Below are positions 19,314 through 31,600 of a stretch of 64,000 bases of DNA, one piece after another (position 1 is the first letter of the stretch; every line of letters begins with the position of its first letter). The notes beneath the pieces are model-generated. The model saw only the letters and a program-made list of their open reading frames with translations, had not been told where the DNA came from and did no database searches. The position numbers were made by a program, and so were the translations under genes. The stretch lies in the NCBI RefSeq assembly GCF_003248965.1, contig NZ_QFQU01000013.1; one strand, 5' to 3'. This stretch comes from Brevundimonas sp. (GTDB taxonomy: Bacteria > Pseudomonadota > Alphaproteobacteria > Caulobacterales > Caulobacteraceae).

Positions 19314-20123
19314 ATGTCGCCCATGCCCGCCCTTCTCGCAACCACCGCCCTGATGTTCCTGTCCGCCGGTCCGTCCCTGGCGGCCGGACCGGAGTCGGCG
19401 CAGACCACGACGGCCCCGGCGGTCCGTACGCCCGCCTCGGCCCAGACCCGCGCCGCCTATGATCGGATGGACGCCCTGTCGCGCTCGGTCTTCTGGGCCA
19501 ACGAACAGGAGATCGACCCCGCCGACCCCGTCGCCGGGGTCAGGCTGGCCCAGGCGCTGCGCGAACTGGGCCGCTACGACCAGGCGGCCGAGGCGGCGCA
19601 GGCCACCCTGACCGTCCAGCCCGCCAATCTGGAGGCCATGCTGGAACTGGGGCGCGCCCATATCGCGCGCGGCCAGGCCTTCTACGGCGTCGCCCCGCTG
19701 GAGCAGGCCCGCGCCCTGGCGCCGCGTGACTGGCGCCCCTGGTCGCTGCTGGGCGTCGCCTATGAACAGGTCAACCGCTTCGACGACGCCCGCGCCGCCT
19801 GGAACCAGGCCCTGGCCCTGTCGCCCGACAATCCCGACGTCCTGACCAACGCCGCCATGGCCGCCATGACCCACGGCGATGCGCCGGGCGCCGAGGCCCT
19901 GCTGCGTCGCGCCGCCGCCCAGCCGACCGCCTCGGGCCAGGTGCGCCAGAACCTGGCCATGGCGCTGGGCCTCCAGGGCAAGATGGGCGAAGCCGAACAG
20001 ATCCTGCGCCGTGAGCTGCCGCCCGATCAGGCCGAGCGGAACCTGAGCTGGCTGCGCGCGCGCGGCGGAATCGGCGCCGCCTCGACCGACACGGCCCGCA
20101 CCTGGAATTCGCTGGGCGGCTGA
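19314..20123 (+). CDS. exported tetratricopeptide repeat protein (TadD/CpaO-like)
   Basis: Signal peptide; TPR helices; VRQNLAMALGLQGKMGEAE motif typical of TadD-like proteins. Confidence 0.75.
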   Translation: MSPMPALLATTALMFLSAGPSLAAGPESAQTTTAPAVRTPASAQTRAAYDRMDALSRSVFWANEQEIDPADPVAGVRLAQALRELGRYDQAAEAAQATLTVQPANLEAMLELGRAHIARGQAFYGVAPLEQARALAPRDWRPWSLLGVAYEQVNRFDDARAAWNQALALSPDNPDVLTNAAMAAMTHGDAPGAEALLRRAAAQPTASGQVRQNLAMALGLQGKMGEAEQILRRELPPDQAERNLSWLRARGGIGAASTDTARTWNSLGG

Positions 20124-20263
20124 GCTGTCCACCTTCCCCTGGCTCGCCCGCCGTTCTCGCAATGCGCTGCGGGAACAGGGCGCGACGCCTGTCCCGAAGG
20201 GCCAGGATCCTCGACGCTTTTCATCGGGTCTGTTAGTCGCTCCTGAATGGTAGGGACAATCTC

Positions 20264-21310
20264 TTGAAATCACTTCTCCGATTTCTGCGCGCGCCTCTGG
20301 ACCCGATTCGGAAATATCAGCGCCTTCGGTCCGATACTCGCACACGTATCCGGCGCATCGAGACGATGGTCGAGCAGATGTCGGTTCAGCTTCAGGAAAC
20401 GAATGTCGTGCTCCGCGACCTGGCCGTGCCGAGAGACGAGCTTTGGCGGGGCAAGCCGGACATGGTCGATGGAAGCCCGGCGAGCCGGGTTTTCGACCGT
20501 TCCGCTGTTTGCCGGCAGAACGATTTCGACCAACCCTATTTCGCCTATTGGACCAGAAGACTTGCGGAACCCCTGCGCTATCACCGTAAGGTGTGGGAGT
20601 TCGTCTTCATCGTTCAATCGCTTTGGGAGCGTGGAGCGATTAGGCCTGGCGCGCGGGGGCTCGGCTTTGGCGTGGGACAGGAACCGCTCAGCGCGCTTTT
20701 CGCCTCCGAAGGCTGCCTGATCGTCGCGACGGACATGACGCGCCAGCAGGCGATCGAATCGGGTTGGGCCGCCACCAATCAACACGCCGACGATCTCGCC
20801 GCGCTGCGTCGTCCCTTTTGCGCCGACGATGTCTTCGACGCGAACGTCAGTTTCGAACACTGCGACATGAACGCCGTGTCCGACCATCTCGTCGATTTCG
20901 ACTTCTGCTGGTCGGCGTGCGCCCTGGAGCATCTGGGCTCCATCGCCGATGGCCTGTCGTTCGTCGAACGCTCGCTCGACTGTGTGAAACCAGGGGGACT
21001 GGTGGTGCATACCACCGAATACAATTTCAGTTCGAACGACCGCACCGTCGATCACGCGGACACGGTCCTGTTTCGCGAACGGGACCTCAGGGCGTTGGCG
21101 GCTCGCCTGGAGGCGCAGGGCCACTGGGTGGCGCCCCTGGATCTCGATCCGGGCGACCGCCCGGTCGATCGTTATGTAGACATGGCGCCCTACAGGGATC
21201 AGCCGCACCTGAAAGTCGCCTTACGGGGGTTCGGAGCCACTTCGGTCGGGCTCATCATCCGCCGGTCCGACGTTTCCTGCCGACCGATTCACGAAACGGA
21301 GCTCGCGTGA
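20264..21310 (+). CDS. class I SAM-dependent methyltransferase
   Basis: HRKVWEF, GLGFGVGQEPL, ATD, CDMN, FDFCWSACALEH, VKPGG; TTG start uncertain. Confidence 0.8.
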   Translation: MKSLLRFLRAPLDPIRKYQRLRSDTRTRIRRIETMVEQMSVQLQETNVVLRDLAVPRDELWRGKPDMVDGSPASRVFDRSAVCRQNDFDQPYFAYWTRRLAEPLRYHRKVWEFVFIVQSLWERGAIRPGARGLGFGVGQEPLSALFASEGCLIVATDMTRQQAIESGWAATNQHADDLAALRRPFCADDVFDANVSFEHCDMNAVSDHLVDFDFCWSACALEHLGSIADGLSFVERSLDCVKPGGLVVHTTEYNFSSNDRTVDHADTVLFRERDLRALAARLEAQGHWVAPLDLDPGDRPVDRYVDMAPYRDQPHLKVALRGFGATSVGLIIRRSDVSCRPIHETELA

Positions 21311-22203
21311 ACATTCGTCATATCCGTCAGAGGCTGGGCAGGCTTGTTCGTAGGCGGAAGCCTGCCAGTCCGGCGGCGGATGTCCGGCGCGCGCGGCGAG
21401 GGGGAAAGGGAGACTATTTCTACCTCGGGCCCGACCTGGCGCTCAAGCGTCTGTGCAACGGTCTGCTTCTGTATGTGGACCCGCAGGACGAACAGATCAG
21501 CGCCAACATCATCGCAGACGGGTTCTGGGAAACCTGGGTTCATGCCGTGGTGCAGGGCATTGTTCGGCCTGGAGACCGTATCCTCGAGATCGGAGGCAAC
21601 GTCGGCTATTATACGATCGCAATGGCCGCGCTGGCCGGCTCGAAGGGTTCCGTCACGGTTCTGGAAGGCAATCCGCGCCTCGCGGGTCTGATCGAAAAAT
21701 CTGTGCGGCTGAACGGCTTCGACCACCGCGTCCAAGTCGTCGCCAAGGCCGCGCTCGACGCGCCAGGCGAGATCGACTTCGTCACATCGCGCATCTTCTC
21801 CGGCGGCGGCTTCGTTTCGCAGTGGGACCTTCGCCCCTATGAGGACACGGTCGTCCTCAAGGTTCCGGCCGTACGGCTCGACGACATCGTCACCGAACCC
21901 GTCGATCTCATAAGAATCGATGCTGAAGGCTCGGAGCCTCTCATCCTTAAGGGCGCGGAAAGGCTGCTAAGGGAAAACGCCGATATCACGATCATAATGG
22001 AATGGAGCCCGATCCAGATCGCCGCACGCACCCCGCTCGAAACCTTCCTAAACTGGCTGACGAGCTTTGGCTTCAAGGCTTGGCGCATCACTCACGACGG
22101 CCGGATCGAGCCGATCGAGATGGATGTCTTGTCCGAAACAGCCGCCTGTGACTTGGTTCTGTCCCGAAAGGCGTCGATTCTGCCTAAGCGATACGTTGCT
22201 TAG
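21307..22203 (+). CDS. FkbM family methyltransferase
   Basis: [37 protein letters not shown] start overlaps upstream TGA (GTGA). Confidence 0.85.
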   Translation: MNIRHIRQRLGRLVRRRKPASPAADVRRARRGGKGDYFYLGPDLALKRLCNGLLLYVDPQDEQISANIIADGFWETWVHAVVQGIVRPGDRILEIGGNVGYYTIAMAALAGSKGSVTVLEGNPRLAGLIEKSVRLNGFDHRVQVVAKAALDAPGEIDFVTSRIFSGGGFVSQWDLRPYEDTVVLKVPAVRLDDIVTEPVDLIRIDAEGSEPLILKGAERLLRENADITIIMEWSPIQIAARTPLETFLNWLTSFGFKAWRITHDGRIEPIEMDVLSETAACDLVLSRKASILPKRYVA

Positions 22204-22290
22204 GCGTTGGATCCGAGACATCGTTCCGACCTTGGAGCCAAACCGCCTCAAGCGGTTTCACATCGCGGCTCCCCGCCCTATCTTTCGCCC

Positions 22291-22746
22291 ATGATCGACG
22301 ATCTCTACAGCGCGCGCATCCTGACGCTTGCGGCGAATCTGCCGCACGCGGGCCGCCTGGCCGCGCCGGACGGGACCGGCGAACGGGTCGCCAAGCTGTG
22401 CGGCTCGCGCGCCACGGTCGATGTCGTGCTGGACGACCAGGGCTGCATCGCCGGCTTCGCCCAGGACGTGAAGGCCTGCGCCCTGGGTCAGGCCGCCGCC
22501 GGGGTGCTGGGCCAGCACGTCATCGGCGCCTCGGTCGAGGATGTCCAGGAGGCCCGCGACGCCATGATCGCCATGCTAAAGTCCGGCGGCGACGGCCCGA
22601 CCGGCCGTTTCGAGGATTTGCGCCTGCTGAAACAGGTCGCCGCCTATCCCGCCCGCCACGCCTCGACCCTGGTCTCGCTGGAGGCGACGCTGGAGGCCGT
22701 CAACGCGGCGCTTGTGGCGCGAACTCGTCTCGCCGGCGCGGCCTGA
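22291..22746 (+). CDS. iron-sulfur cluster assembly scaffold protein (NifU_N/IscU-like)
   Basis: [33 protein letters not shown]. Confidence 0.85.
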   Translation: MIDDLYSARILTLAANLPHAGRLAAPDGTGERVAKLCGSRATVDVVLDDQGCIAGFAQDVKACALGQAAAGVLGQHVIGASVEDVQEARDAMIAMLKSGGDGPTGRFEDLRLLKQVAAYPARHASTLVSLEATLEAVNAALVARTRLAGAA

Positions 22747-22826
22747 AGGGCTCCGACCGGTTGATCCCCCTGCTGCAACAGGGGATAAGCGCGGCGAACC
22801 CATCCAGCCCCCGGCGAAGGGACGCG

Positions 22827-23063
22827 ATGTCTCTCTATGAACGTGGCGTCCGCGCGGCCCATCGGGGCTACAAGCTGACGCTGTCTCCCCTGATCGGCCA
22901 GCAGTGCCGGTTTCTGCCGACCTGTTCGGACTATGGGCGCGACGCCCTGATCCAGCACGGTCCGCTCAAGGGGGGATGGCTCACCGCGCGGCGCCTCTGT
23001 AAATGCCACCCCTTCGGAGGGTCGGGTTACGACCCCGTCCCGCCTGCAAAGACGAAACCATGA
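22827..23063 (+). CDS. yidD: membrane protein insertion efficiency factor
   Basis: [10 protein letters not shown]...HGPLKG...[16 protein letters not shown]. Confidence 0.92.
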   Translation: MSLYERGVRAAHRGYKLTLSPLIGQQCRFLPTCSDYGRDALIQHGPLKGGWLTARRLCKCHPFGGSGYDPVPPAKTKP

Positions 23064-24991
23064 TCGAACTGAAATTTCCCGACGGCGCCGTGCGACAGTA
23101 TCCGGTCGGTTCCACCGGCCGCGACGTCGCCGCCGCCATCTCCCCCTCCCTGGCCAAGAAGGCGGCCCTGGTGGTCTGGAACGGCCAGCAACGCGACCTG
23201 GACCGCGTCATCGACGGCGATGGCGACTTCCGCCTGTTGATGCGCGACGACCCCGAGGCGCTGGAAACCATCCGTCACGACGCCGCCCACGTCCTGGCCC
23301 AGGCGGTGCAGGAGCTGTATCCGGACGTCCAGGTGACGATCGGTCCGGCCATCGAGGACGGCTTCTATTACGACTTCGCCCGCGCCGAGCCCTTCTCCAC
23401 CGACGACTTCCCCAAGATCGAAAAGAAGATGGCCGAGATCGTGGATCGTGGCGCTCCTCTTGAACGCCAGGTCTGGAACCGCGACGAGGCCATCGCCCAT
23501 TTCGAAAGGATCGGCGAGACCTACAAGGCCGAACTGATCCGCGACCTGCCCGACACTGAAACGATCACCGTCTACAAACAGGGCGAATGGGCCGACCTGT
23601 GCCGGGGGCCGCACTTCCCGACCACCAAATTCGTCGGCAAGGCCTTCAAGCTGACCAAGCTGGCCGGCGCCTATTGGCGGGGCGACAGCAACCGCGCCCA
23701 GCTGCAGCGCATCTATGGCACGGCCTGGGCCAACCAGGCCGATCTCGACGCCTATCTGCAGCGGCTGGAAGAGGCCGAGAAGCGCGACCACCGCAAGCTG
23801 GGCCGCGCGATGGAGCTGTTCCATATGCAGGAAGAGGGCCGGGGAATGGTCTTCTGGCATCCCAAGGGCTGGGTCCTGTGGCGCGTGCTGGAGGCCTATA
23901 TGCGCCGCCGCCTGGACGCGGCCGGCTATGTCGAGGTCAAGACGCCCCAGGTGCTGGACCGGAAATTCTGGGAACAGAGCGGCCACTGGGACAAGTATCG
24001 TCCGAACATGTTCGTCTGCGAGACGGTCGAGGGCGAGACCCTTTCGCTCAAGCCGATGAACTGCCCCGGCCACGTCCAGATCTTCGACCAGGGCCAGCGA
24101 TCCTATCGCGAACTGCCGCTGCGCATGGCCGAGTTCGGCGCCTGCCACCGCTATGAGCCGTCGGGTTCGCTGCACGGCCTGATGCGGGTGCGCGGCTTCA
24201 CCCAGGACGACGCCCACATCTTCTGCCGCGAGGACCAGATCGTCGAGGAGACGGCGGAGTTCATCAAACTGGCCCGCAGCGTCCACGCCGACCTCGGCAT
24301 GGAGACGGCCTACATCAGCCTGGGCACCCGACCCGAGAACCGCGCCGGCACGGACGAGTTCTGGGACAAGGCCGAGGCCCTGATGCTTGAGGCCGCCCGC
24401 GCCGCCGGGACCGAGCCGGTCGTGACCGAGGGCGACGGCGCCTTCTACGCGCCCAAGCTGGACTTCATCGTCAAGGACGCCATCGGCCGTGAATGGACCT
24501 GCGGCACGATCCAGTTGGACTATGTCCTGCCGGAAAGGCTCAATGCTACGTACATCGCCGAGGACGGCCAGAAGCACCGACCCGTCATGCTGCACCGCGC
24601 GATCCTGGGATCGTTCGAGCGGTTCATCGGCATCATGATCGAGAACTACGCCGGCGCCTTCCCCCTGTGGCTGGCCCCGACCCAAGCCGTGGTGGCCACC
24701 ATCACCTCCGACGCGGACGGCTATGCCGAAGAGGTGGCGGCCCGGTTCCGGGCGGCAGGCCTGCGGGTGGAGACGGACCTGCGCAACGAGAAGATCAACT
24801 ACAAGATCCGCGAACACTCGGTCGGCAAGGTCCCCGCCATCGCGGTGGTCGGTCGCAAGGAGGCCGAGGAAGGCAAGGTCGCCCTCCGCCGCCTGGGCAG
24901 CCAGGCCCAGACCATCGTCACGATCGAGGAAGCAATCGCCCTCCTGACCGAGGAGGCGACGCCGCCCGACCTGAAGCGGCTGAACGCTTAG
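23060..24991 (+). CDS. thrS: threonine--tRNA ligase
   Basis: TGS domain, [50 protein letters not shown]. Confidence 0.98.
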   Translation: MIELKFPDGAVRQYPVGSTGRDVAAAISPSLAKKAALVVWNGQQRDLDRVIDGDGDFRLLMRDDPEALETIRHDAAHVLAQAVQELYPDVQVTIGPAIEDGFYYDFARAEPFSTDDFPKIEKKMAEIVDRGAPLERQVWNRDEAIAHFERIGETYKAELIRDLPDTETITVYKQGEWADLCRGPHFPTTKFVGKAFKLTKLAGAYWRGDSNRAQLQRIYGTAWANQADLDAYLQRLEEAEKRDHRKLGRAMELFHMQEEGRGMVFWHPKGWVLWRVLEAYMRRRLDAAGYVEVKTPQVLDRKFWEQSGHWDKYRPNMFVCETVEGETLSLKPMNCPGHVQIFDQGQRSYRELPLRMAEFGACHRYEPSGSLHGLMRVRGFTQDDAHIFCREDQIVEETAEFIKLARSVHADLGMETAYISLGTRPENRAGTDEFWDKAEALMLEAARAAGTEPVVTEGDGAFYAPKLDFIVKDAIGREWTCGTIQLDYVLPERLNATYIAEDGQKHRPVMLHRAILGSFERFIGIMIENYAGAFPLWLAPTQAVVATITSDADGYAEEVAARFRAAGLRVETDLRNEKINYKIREHSVGKVPAIAVVGRKEAEEGKVALRRLGSQAQTIVTIEEAIALLTEEATPPDLKRLNA

Positions 24992-25005
24992 GCGCGCTCG
25001 AACAC

Positions 25006-25170
25006 CTCTCCCTCCCCCTGCGGGGGAGGGTCGTCGCGCAGCGACGGGGTGGGGACGACCGGGCGAAACATCCCTGGCGGCCAAAACAAAAAGGTCGGGT
25101 GGGGCCTTGCCTTGCCGCCCCCACCCGACCTCGCTTTGCTCGGCCACCCTCCCCGAACGGGGAGGGAAAG
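25006..25170. repeat. CIR/RIME-like composite palindromic intergenic element
   Basis: Left arm CCCTCCCCCTGCGGGGAGGG..GGGGTGGGG and inverted right arm CCCCACCC..CCCTCCCC GAAC GGGGAGGG between convergent thrS and dapD. Confidence 0.7.
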
Positions 25171-25181
25171 GCTTCAGTCGA

Positions 25182-26047
<866 letters not shown>

Positions 26048-26051
<4 letters not shown>

Positions 26052-26707
26052 GCGGCGTCCTTGAGATTCAGGTCGGAGAGGAAGTCGAGAAGATCGGGGG
26101 CGACGATGTCGATGTGATCGCCCAGCGGTTTGCCGTGGCCGTCGCCGATCAGGATGGTGGTCATGCCCAGCGCCTTGGCCGGCTCCAGGTTCCGGGGCGT
26201 GTCCTCGAAGAAGGCGGCGCGGTGGGACTGGATATCGAACCGCTCCAGCATCCGCCGGAAGGTCGCCGGATTGGGCTTGGGCGTCAGGTCGCCGTCCTCG
26301 ATGGCGAAGACGCCTGCGAAACAGTCCGAAATCCCGATCCGGTCCAGCACCCGATGCGCATAGTCGCGCGCGCCGTTGGTGAAGACGAAACATTGGCCCG
26401 GCAGGGCCTTCAACCGTTCGGCCAGACGTGGATTCGGCTCCACCGAATCCAGCGGCACGTCATGCACTTCCTTCAGGAAACGGTCGGTGTCGACGGCGTA
26501 GTTGGCCATCAAGCCCGCCAGGGTCGTGCCGTGTTCGTCCAGAAACTGGCGCTGCATCACCGCCGCCTCGCCGGGCGCAAGGCCCACCGCCTCGACCACG
26601 AAGGCGTTGATCCGCGCCTGGACCAGCCGCATCAGCCCCTGCTCGCGCGGGTACAGGGTGTCGTCCATGTCGAACACCCAGGCGTTTACGTGCGACAGGT
26701 CGATCAA
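26048..26707 (-). CDS. pyrimidine 5'-nucleotidase (HAD family)
   Basis: [35 protein letters not shown]. Confidence 0.88.
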
Positions 26708-27633
26708 GACGCCTTCACCAGGGTGCCGGCGCCGAACTCGGTGAACAACTCCACCAGCATGGCGTGCGGCCGCCGGCCGTCCAGGATGACCACGGCCTCG
26801 ACGCCTGCGCGCACCGCCGCCATCGCCGTCTCCAGCTTGGGGATCATGCCGCCGGTGGCGACTCCGGTGTCGATCAGGTTCTGCGCCTCGTCCAGCGTCA
26901 TCTGGCGGATGATCTCGCCGTCCGCGCCCTTGACCCCGGCGACGTCGGTCAGCAGCAGCATCCGCTTGGCGTTCAGCGATCCGGCGATGGCGCCCGCCAC
27001 GGTGTCGGCGTTGACGTTGTAGGTCTGGCCGTCCTCGGCCACCCCGATCGGGGCGATGACCGGCACCCAGTCCTCGGTCTCCGACGCGATCAGTCCGGCG
27101 ATCAGCTTGGGATCGACCTTGGTCGGTTCGCCGACGAAGCCCAGATCGACCTCGTGTTCGATCATGCTGTCGGGGTCGCGCTTGGTCCGGCGCGTCTTTT
27201 CGACCGTCAGCAGGCCCGCGTCCTTGCCCGACAGGCCGACGCCGCGCACGTCCGCCTCCTTGCCGGCCATGGTGATCCAGTGGGCGATTTCCTTGTTCAC
27301 CGCGCCCGACAGCACCATTTCGGCGACCTCCATCGTCGCCGGATCGGTGACGCGCAGGCCGTCGACGAAGCTGGACTTGACCCCGGCCTTGTCCAGCATG
27401 GCGCTGATCTGCGGTCCGCCGCCGTGCACCACGACCGGGTTCACCCCCATCAGCTTCAGCAACACGACATCGGCCGCGAACTGCTTGGCCACGGCGCTCT
27501 CGCCCATGGCGTGGCCGCCGTATTTGATGACCACGGTCTTACGGTCATAGACCTGGATATAGGGCAGGGCCTCGGCGAGCGTCTTCGCCGTCTCCCAACT
27601 GCGTTCCTCGGACTGGCGCTCTGTTTCGTTCAT
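26704..27633 (-). CDS. argB: acetylglutamate kinase
   Basis: [34 protein letters not shown]. Confidence 0.96.
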   Translation of the reverse strand: MNETERQSEERSWETAKTLAEALPYIQVYDRKTVVIKYGGHAMGESAVAKQFAADVVLLKLMGVNPVVVHGGGPQISAMLDKAGVKSSFVDGLRVTDPATMEVAEMVLSGAVNKEIAHWITMAGKEADVRGVGLSGKDAGLLTVEKTRRTKRDPDSMIEHEVDLGFVGEPTKVDPKLIAGLIASETEDWVPVIAPIGVAEDGQTYNVNADTVAGAIAGSLNAKRMLLLTDVAGVKGADGEIIRQMTLDEAQNLIDTGVATGGMIPKLETAMAAVRAGVEAVVILDGRRPHAMLVELFTEFGAGTLVKAS

Positions 27634-27758
27634 CGTGCGCGGGAAATAGCGGGGGACGGGGGTGAAGTCACGTGGGGAGATCGCCGACTGTGGCCAACCG
27701 GCGTTGACGGCGCCGATGGCAGCATCATCATGACGCCAGTCAGCCCTCAGGACCCATC

Positions 27759-28524
27759 ATGGACAACAAACGCATAGAGATACTCGAGCGCCATATCGTC
27801 GCCACCAAAACACTCGGCCCTGAACATATATTATCGCACGTTAGGAAATCGACCAATCCGTTGCATCATATGCAATAGCGTCCATCAGAGCCAGGATCTG
27901 AAAACGTCGATCAGCGTCTGCCGGTTCGGCGGCGGCGAACTTATCCGTTATTATTGCAGGACTTGTGGAGCGTTGTTCGGTCCGGAAAAAATGCTCGCCA
28001 TGGACGAATTCGAGTTATCGTCCGAATACGAAATTCTTTACGCTTCCTACAAAGAGGGCGATACAGCCGAAGACACAGCGCGCACGTTTCACGCGCTCGA
28101 GCCAAAACCGGGCGACGTCTATCTGGACTGGGGATGCGGATGGTGGTCGTCATCCCTTCTCGCGCTCAGGGCTGATGGATGGAACGTCTGGGGATACGAG
28201 CCGACGCCCGGCCCGGGCTCTGAGTTCGTTATCAGCGACCTCGGCCAAGTCGCGCCCGGTCTGGCAGGCATATATTCGAACAACACAATCGAACACTTCA
28301 CAGATCCCGTCGCCGAGTTCAGGAAGATGAGGGCCCTGCTGAAAACAGGCGCACGGATGGCGCATTCCTCTCCCTGTTACGAGGAGCGTTATCTGGACAC
28401 ACGTTTTCACACCATCTTCTATCTGGACAAAAGCATTGACGCCGTCGCCCAAGCGTCAGGATTTCGGACGGTTCTTCGCAAGCAGGACGGCGAATACATC
28501 AATACCGTTTTCCAGGCGGCCTAA
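27759..28524 (+). pseudogene. Zn-ribbon class I SAM methyltransferase with a +1 frameshift near 27816 (or sequencing error)
   Basis: AGGA RBS + ATG 27759 MDNKRIEILERHIVATKTL; removing one G joins an open frame LNIYYRTLGNRPIRCIICN...YYCRTCGALFGP...LDWGCG...GYEP...NNTIEH. Confidence 0.65.
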
Positions 28525-28604
28525 AGTCGCGAAAAGCTTTGTAGGCTTGCCAGGATGGCCATGCGCGCTAGGGTGTCGCAGCCACAGCCGCAGGGACCTC
28601 GACC

Positions 28605-31600
28605 ATGCCTAACATGCTCAATAGCCGAGCCTTCAACACAGCGTTCAGCGGCGATGCGTTCGACAATCCCTCGGGCGAGGGTTTTGCGTCCACCGGAGGC
28701 TCGTCGATTTCCAGCGTCTATGTTTGCGGCTGCTGCGGACTTCTTATTTCAGACGGCGTCAATGACGGCCATCAGGCCGCGATCACCAATATCGAGAGTC
28801 GAGGCGGTCTGTTTCCGAACGGCAAAATGTCGCTCACCAACACGGACGCAGGCGTTCAGATCACCCGCGGCAATGCATCCTGGGTGACGGTTGGACAGCC
28901 TCTGGGCACCGCGGCGACCGTCAGCTTCGCCTTCCGGGCGACAGCGCCGACGTCCATGCCCACCGACACGGCGGGATTCACACAATTCACCGCCGTGCAG
29001 ATCGCCGCCACGCTTCTAGCACTGAGGGCGTGGTCGGATGTGGCGAACATCACCTTCCAGCGCGTCGACGAGGGGTCTGGCTACTCGAACAACGCCTCGA
29101 TCCTGTTCGGTAACTACGCCAGCGGGCAGAACGGCGCAGCCGCCTTCGCCTATGGCCCCGGCAATACGGCGGCCAGTTCCGTCTCCGGCGACGTATGGGT
29201 TAATTCGTCGCTAAGTTACAATAGTTCTCCGATAAATCTGGGGTATGGACAACAAGTCCTCACGCATGAAATCGGTCACGCCTTGGGACTGAAACACCCA
29301 GGAGACTACAACGCCAGCGAAGGGGTGACGATCACCTATCAGAACAGCGCCTCCTATTTCGAGGATTCTCGTCAGTATAGCCTGATGAGTTACTTCTCGG
29401 AAACCAACACAGGCGCCTCCTTCCTGGGTTCCTACGCGTCAGCGCCGTTGCTTGACGATATCTCGGCGATCCAGCGCCTCTACGGGGCCAACATGTCCAC
29501 TCGGACCGGCGACACGGTCTATGGCTACAACTCCAACACGGGCTTAGCCTGGTATGCACCTGGCGCGCTGGGCAGGATGATCTTCGCCGTCTGGGACGCC
29601 GGCGGAACCGACACCTTGGATTTTTCGGGCTTCTCCGGCTCGCAGACGATCGACCTGCGGCAAGGACATTTCTCAAGCGTCGTTGGCCTAGTCGGCAATG
29701 TCTCGATCGCCGTCGGCGCGGTTATCGAGAACGCGATCGGAGGAACTGGCGACGATACGATTTTCGGCAATGCCGCCGACAACCTGATCACCGGCAACGG
29801 AGGAAACGACCAGATCGACGGAGGCCTCGGAACAGACACGGTCGTCTTCTCGGGGCAGCGTAGCGATTACCAAATATCGTGGGACGGTCAGGTGGGAACC
29901 GTCTCGGTCAATGGCGGTGCGGTTACAACCGTTCGAAACGTCGAGTTCCTCCGCTTCGCCGATCAGACGGTTACGCTTGAGCCTAGTGGGCCCCTGACTG
30001 TCGTGGGGGACATCACGGACAACCTGATCAATGGGACGACGTTCGGCGACAGCCTGGGCGGCGCCGGCGGCGCGGACATCCTGAACGGCTTCGGCGGCAA
30101 CGATTACCTCAACGGCGGCTCCGGCAACGACACGCTGGATGGCGGAGACGGCGACGACACCCTGGTCGGCGGTTCCGGGGACGACGTCATGATCGGCGGC
30201 GCCGGATGGGACGTCGCCGACTACACGGAAACGACGCTTGGCCTGAACGCCGATCTGGCCACCGGCGTCGTCCGGAGCGGATTCGATACCGACACTCTTT
30301 CCGGCGTCGAGCAAATCAACGGGACACGGGCGAACGATGTCATTCGCGGCGACGCGGGGGCGAACATCATTCGCGGCGGCGGCGGCGCGGACAGGCTTTA
30401 CGGCGGCGACGGCGACGACCAGCTGTTCGCCGGGGAAGGCGGCAACGGGGAAGCGCCGGACATCTACAAGACACGTAGCGTCGCCAACGCTTCCATCGGC
30501 ACAGCGATCAGCATCGACGACGGCTTCGACACGCTGCGGAGAGAAGGCATCGCCGATGTCGTCATGCCCCACGCCACGGTCCTGGCCCAAACGCATGGCG
30601 GAATTGAATATTATGCTGTGACAGTTGGCGCTGGCGGCGTTCTGCTCGTCGATATCGACGATGCATCATTCGATTCGACAGTTCGCATATTCGATTCCAA
30701 TGGCGTCGAAATCGCCCAGAACGACGACACGCCGTCGTCCAACGCGGAGGGCGCGTCACAGAATTCCTATCTGAGCATTCAGGTTCAGACGGCCGGAATC
30801 TATTATATTCAGGTCGGCCAGTTCGCCAGCACGCTGCCAAATGGCGGCTTTACGACCTCTGGCGCTCCGGTCGGCAACCGATACACCATGCATGTTTCGG
30901 TCAGCACCCATACGGTTGCGAGCACCGCCTTCACCGGGAGCCTTCTGGACGGCGGCGCGGGCAACGACATCCTCAACGGCAGTACAGCGAATGACACGCT
31001 TCTCGGCGGGGATGGAGACGACCGCCTGTACGGGGGCGGCGGCGACGACATTTTGGACGGCGGTGCGGGTCTGGACACGGCCGTCTATATCGGCGCTCGA
31101 TCCGCCTACACGATTTCGACGGTGAACGGCGTCACGACCGTTCGTGGACCGGACGGTGAAGATCGGCTGACGAATGTGGAACGTCTGCAGTTCGACGATG
31201 CGATCGTTTCGATCGACGAAGGGGTCAGGGTGTCGGGTACGGCGGCCGATGACGCGCTGAACGGCACAGCAGGGAACGACATTCTCTCAGGCCTGGACGG
31301 AAACGACACGTTGAACGGTCTGGGGGGAGACGACATCCTGTTTGGCGGTGCGGGCCGCGATCACCTGAACGGCGGAGCCGGAATCGATACGGCCTGGTAT
31401 GAAAACACTGGCGGTGGCGTGCTGATCGTGGATCTTCTCAATCCGTCGGAAAACACTGGAGAAGCCGCAGGCGACACCTATGACTCGATCGAACGCGTCG
31501 TGGGATCGACAGGCGACGATATAATTCGCGGGACCTTGTCCACTGACTACTTCGTCGGACGTGAAGGCAACGACATCTTCCTCGGCCGCGGCGGCGGCGA

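Noticed and set aside
20764..21306. N-terminal 181 aa of the 479-aa ORF 20764-22203
   Set aside because: Low-complexity Arg-rich read-through overlapping the upstream methyltransferase; the GTG at 21307 with GTGA coupling is the credible start.
22762..22790. Hairpin ATCCCCCTG..CAGGGGAT between the iscU-like gene and yidD
   Set aside because: No U-tract or known motif, so no function can be assigned.
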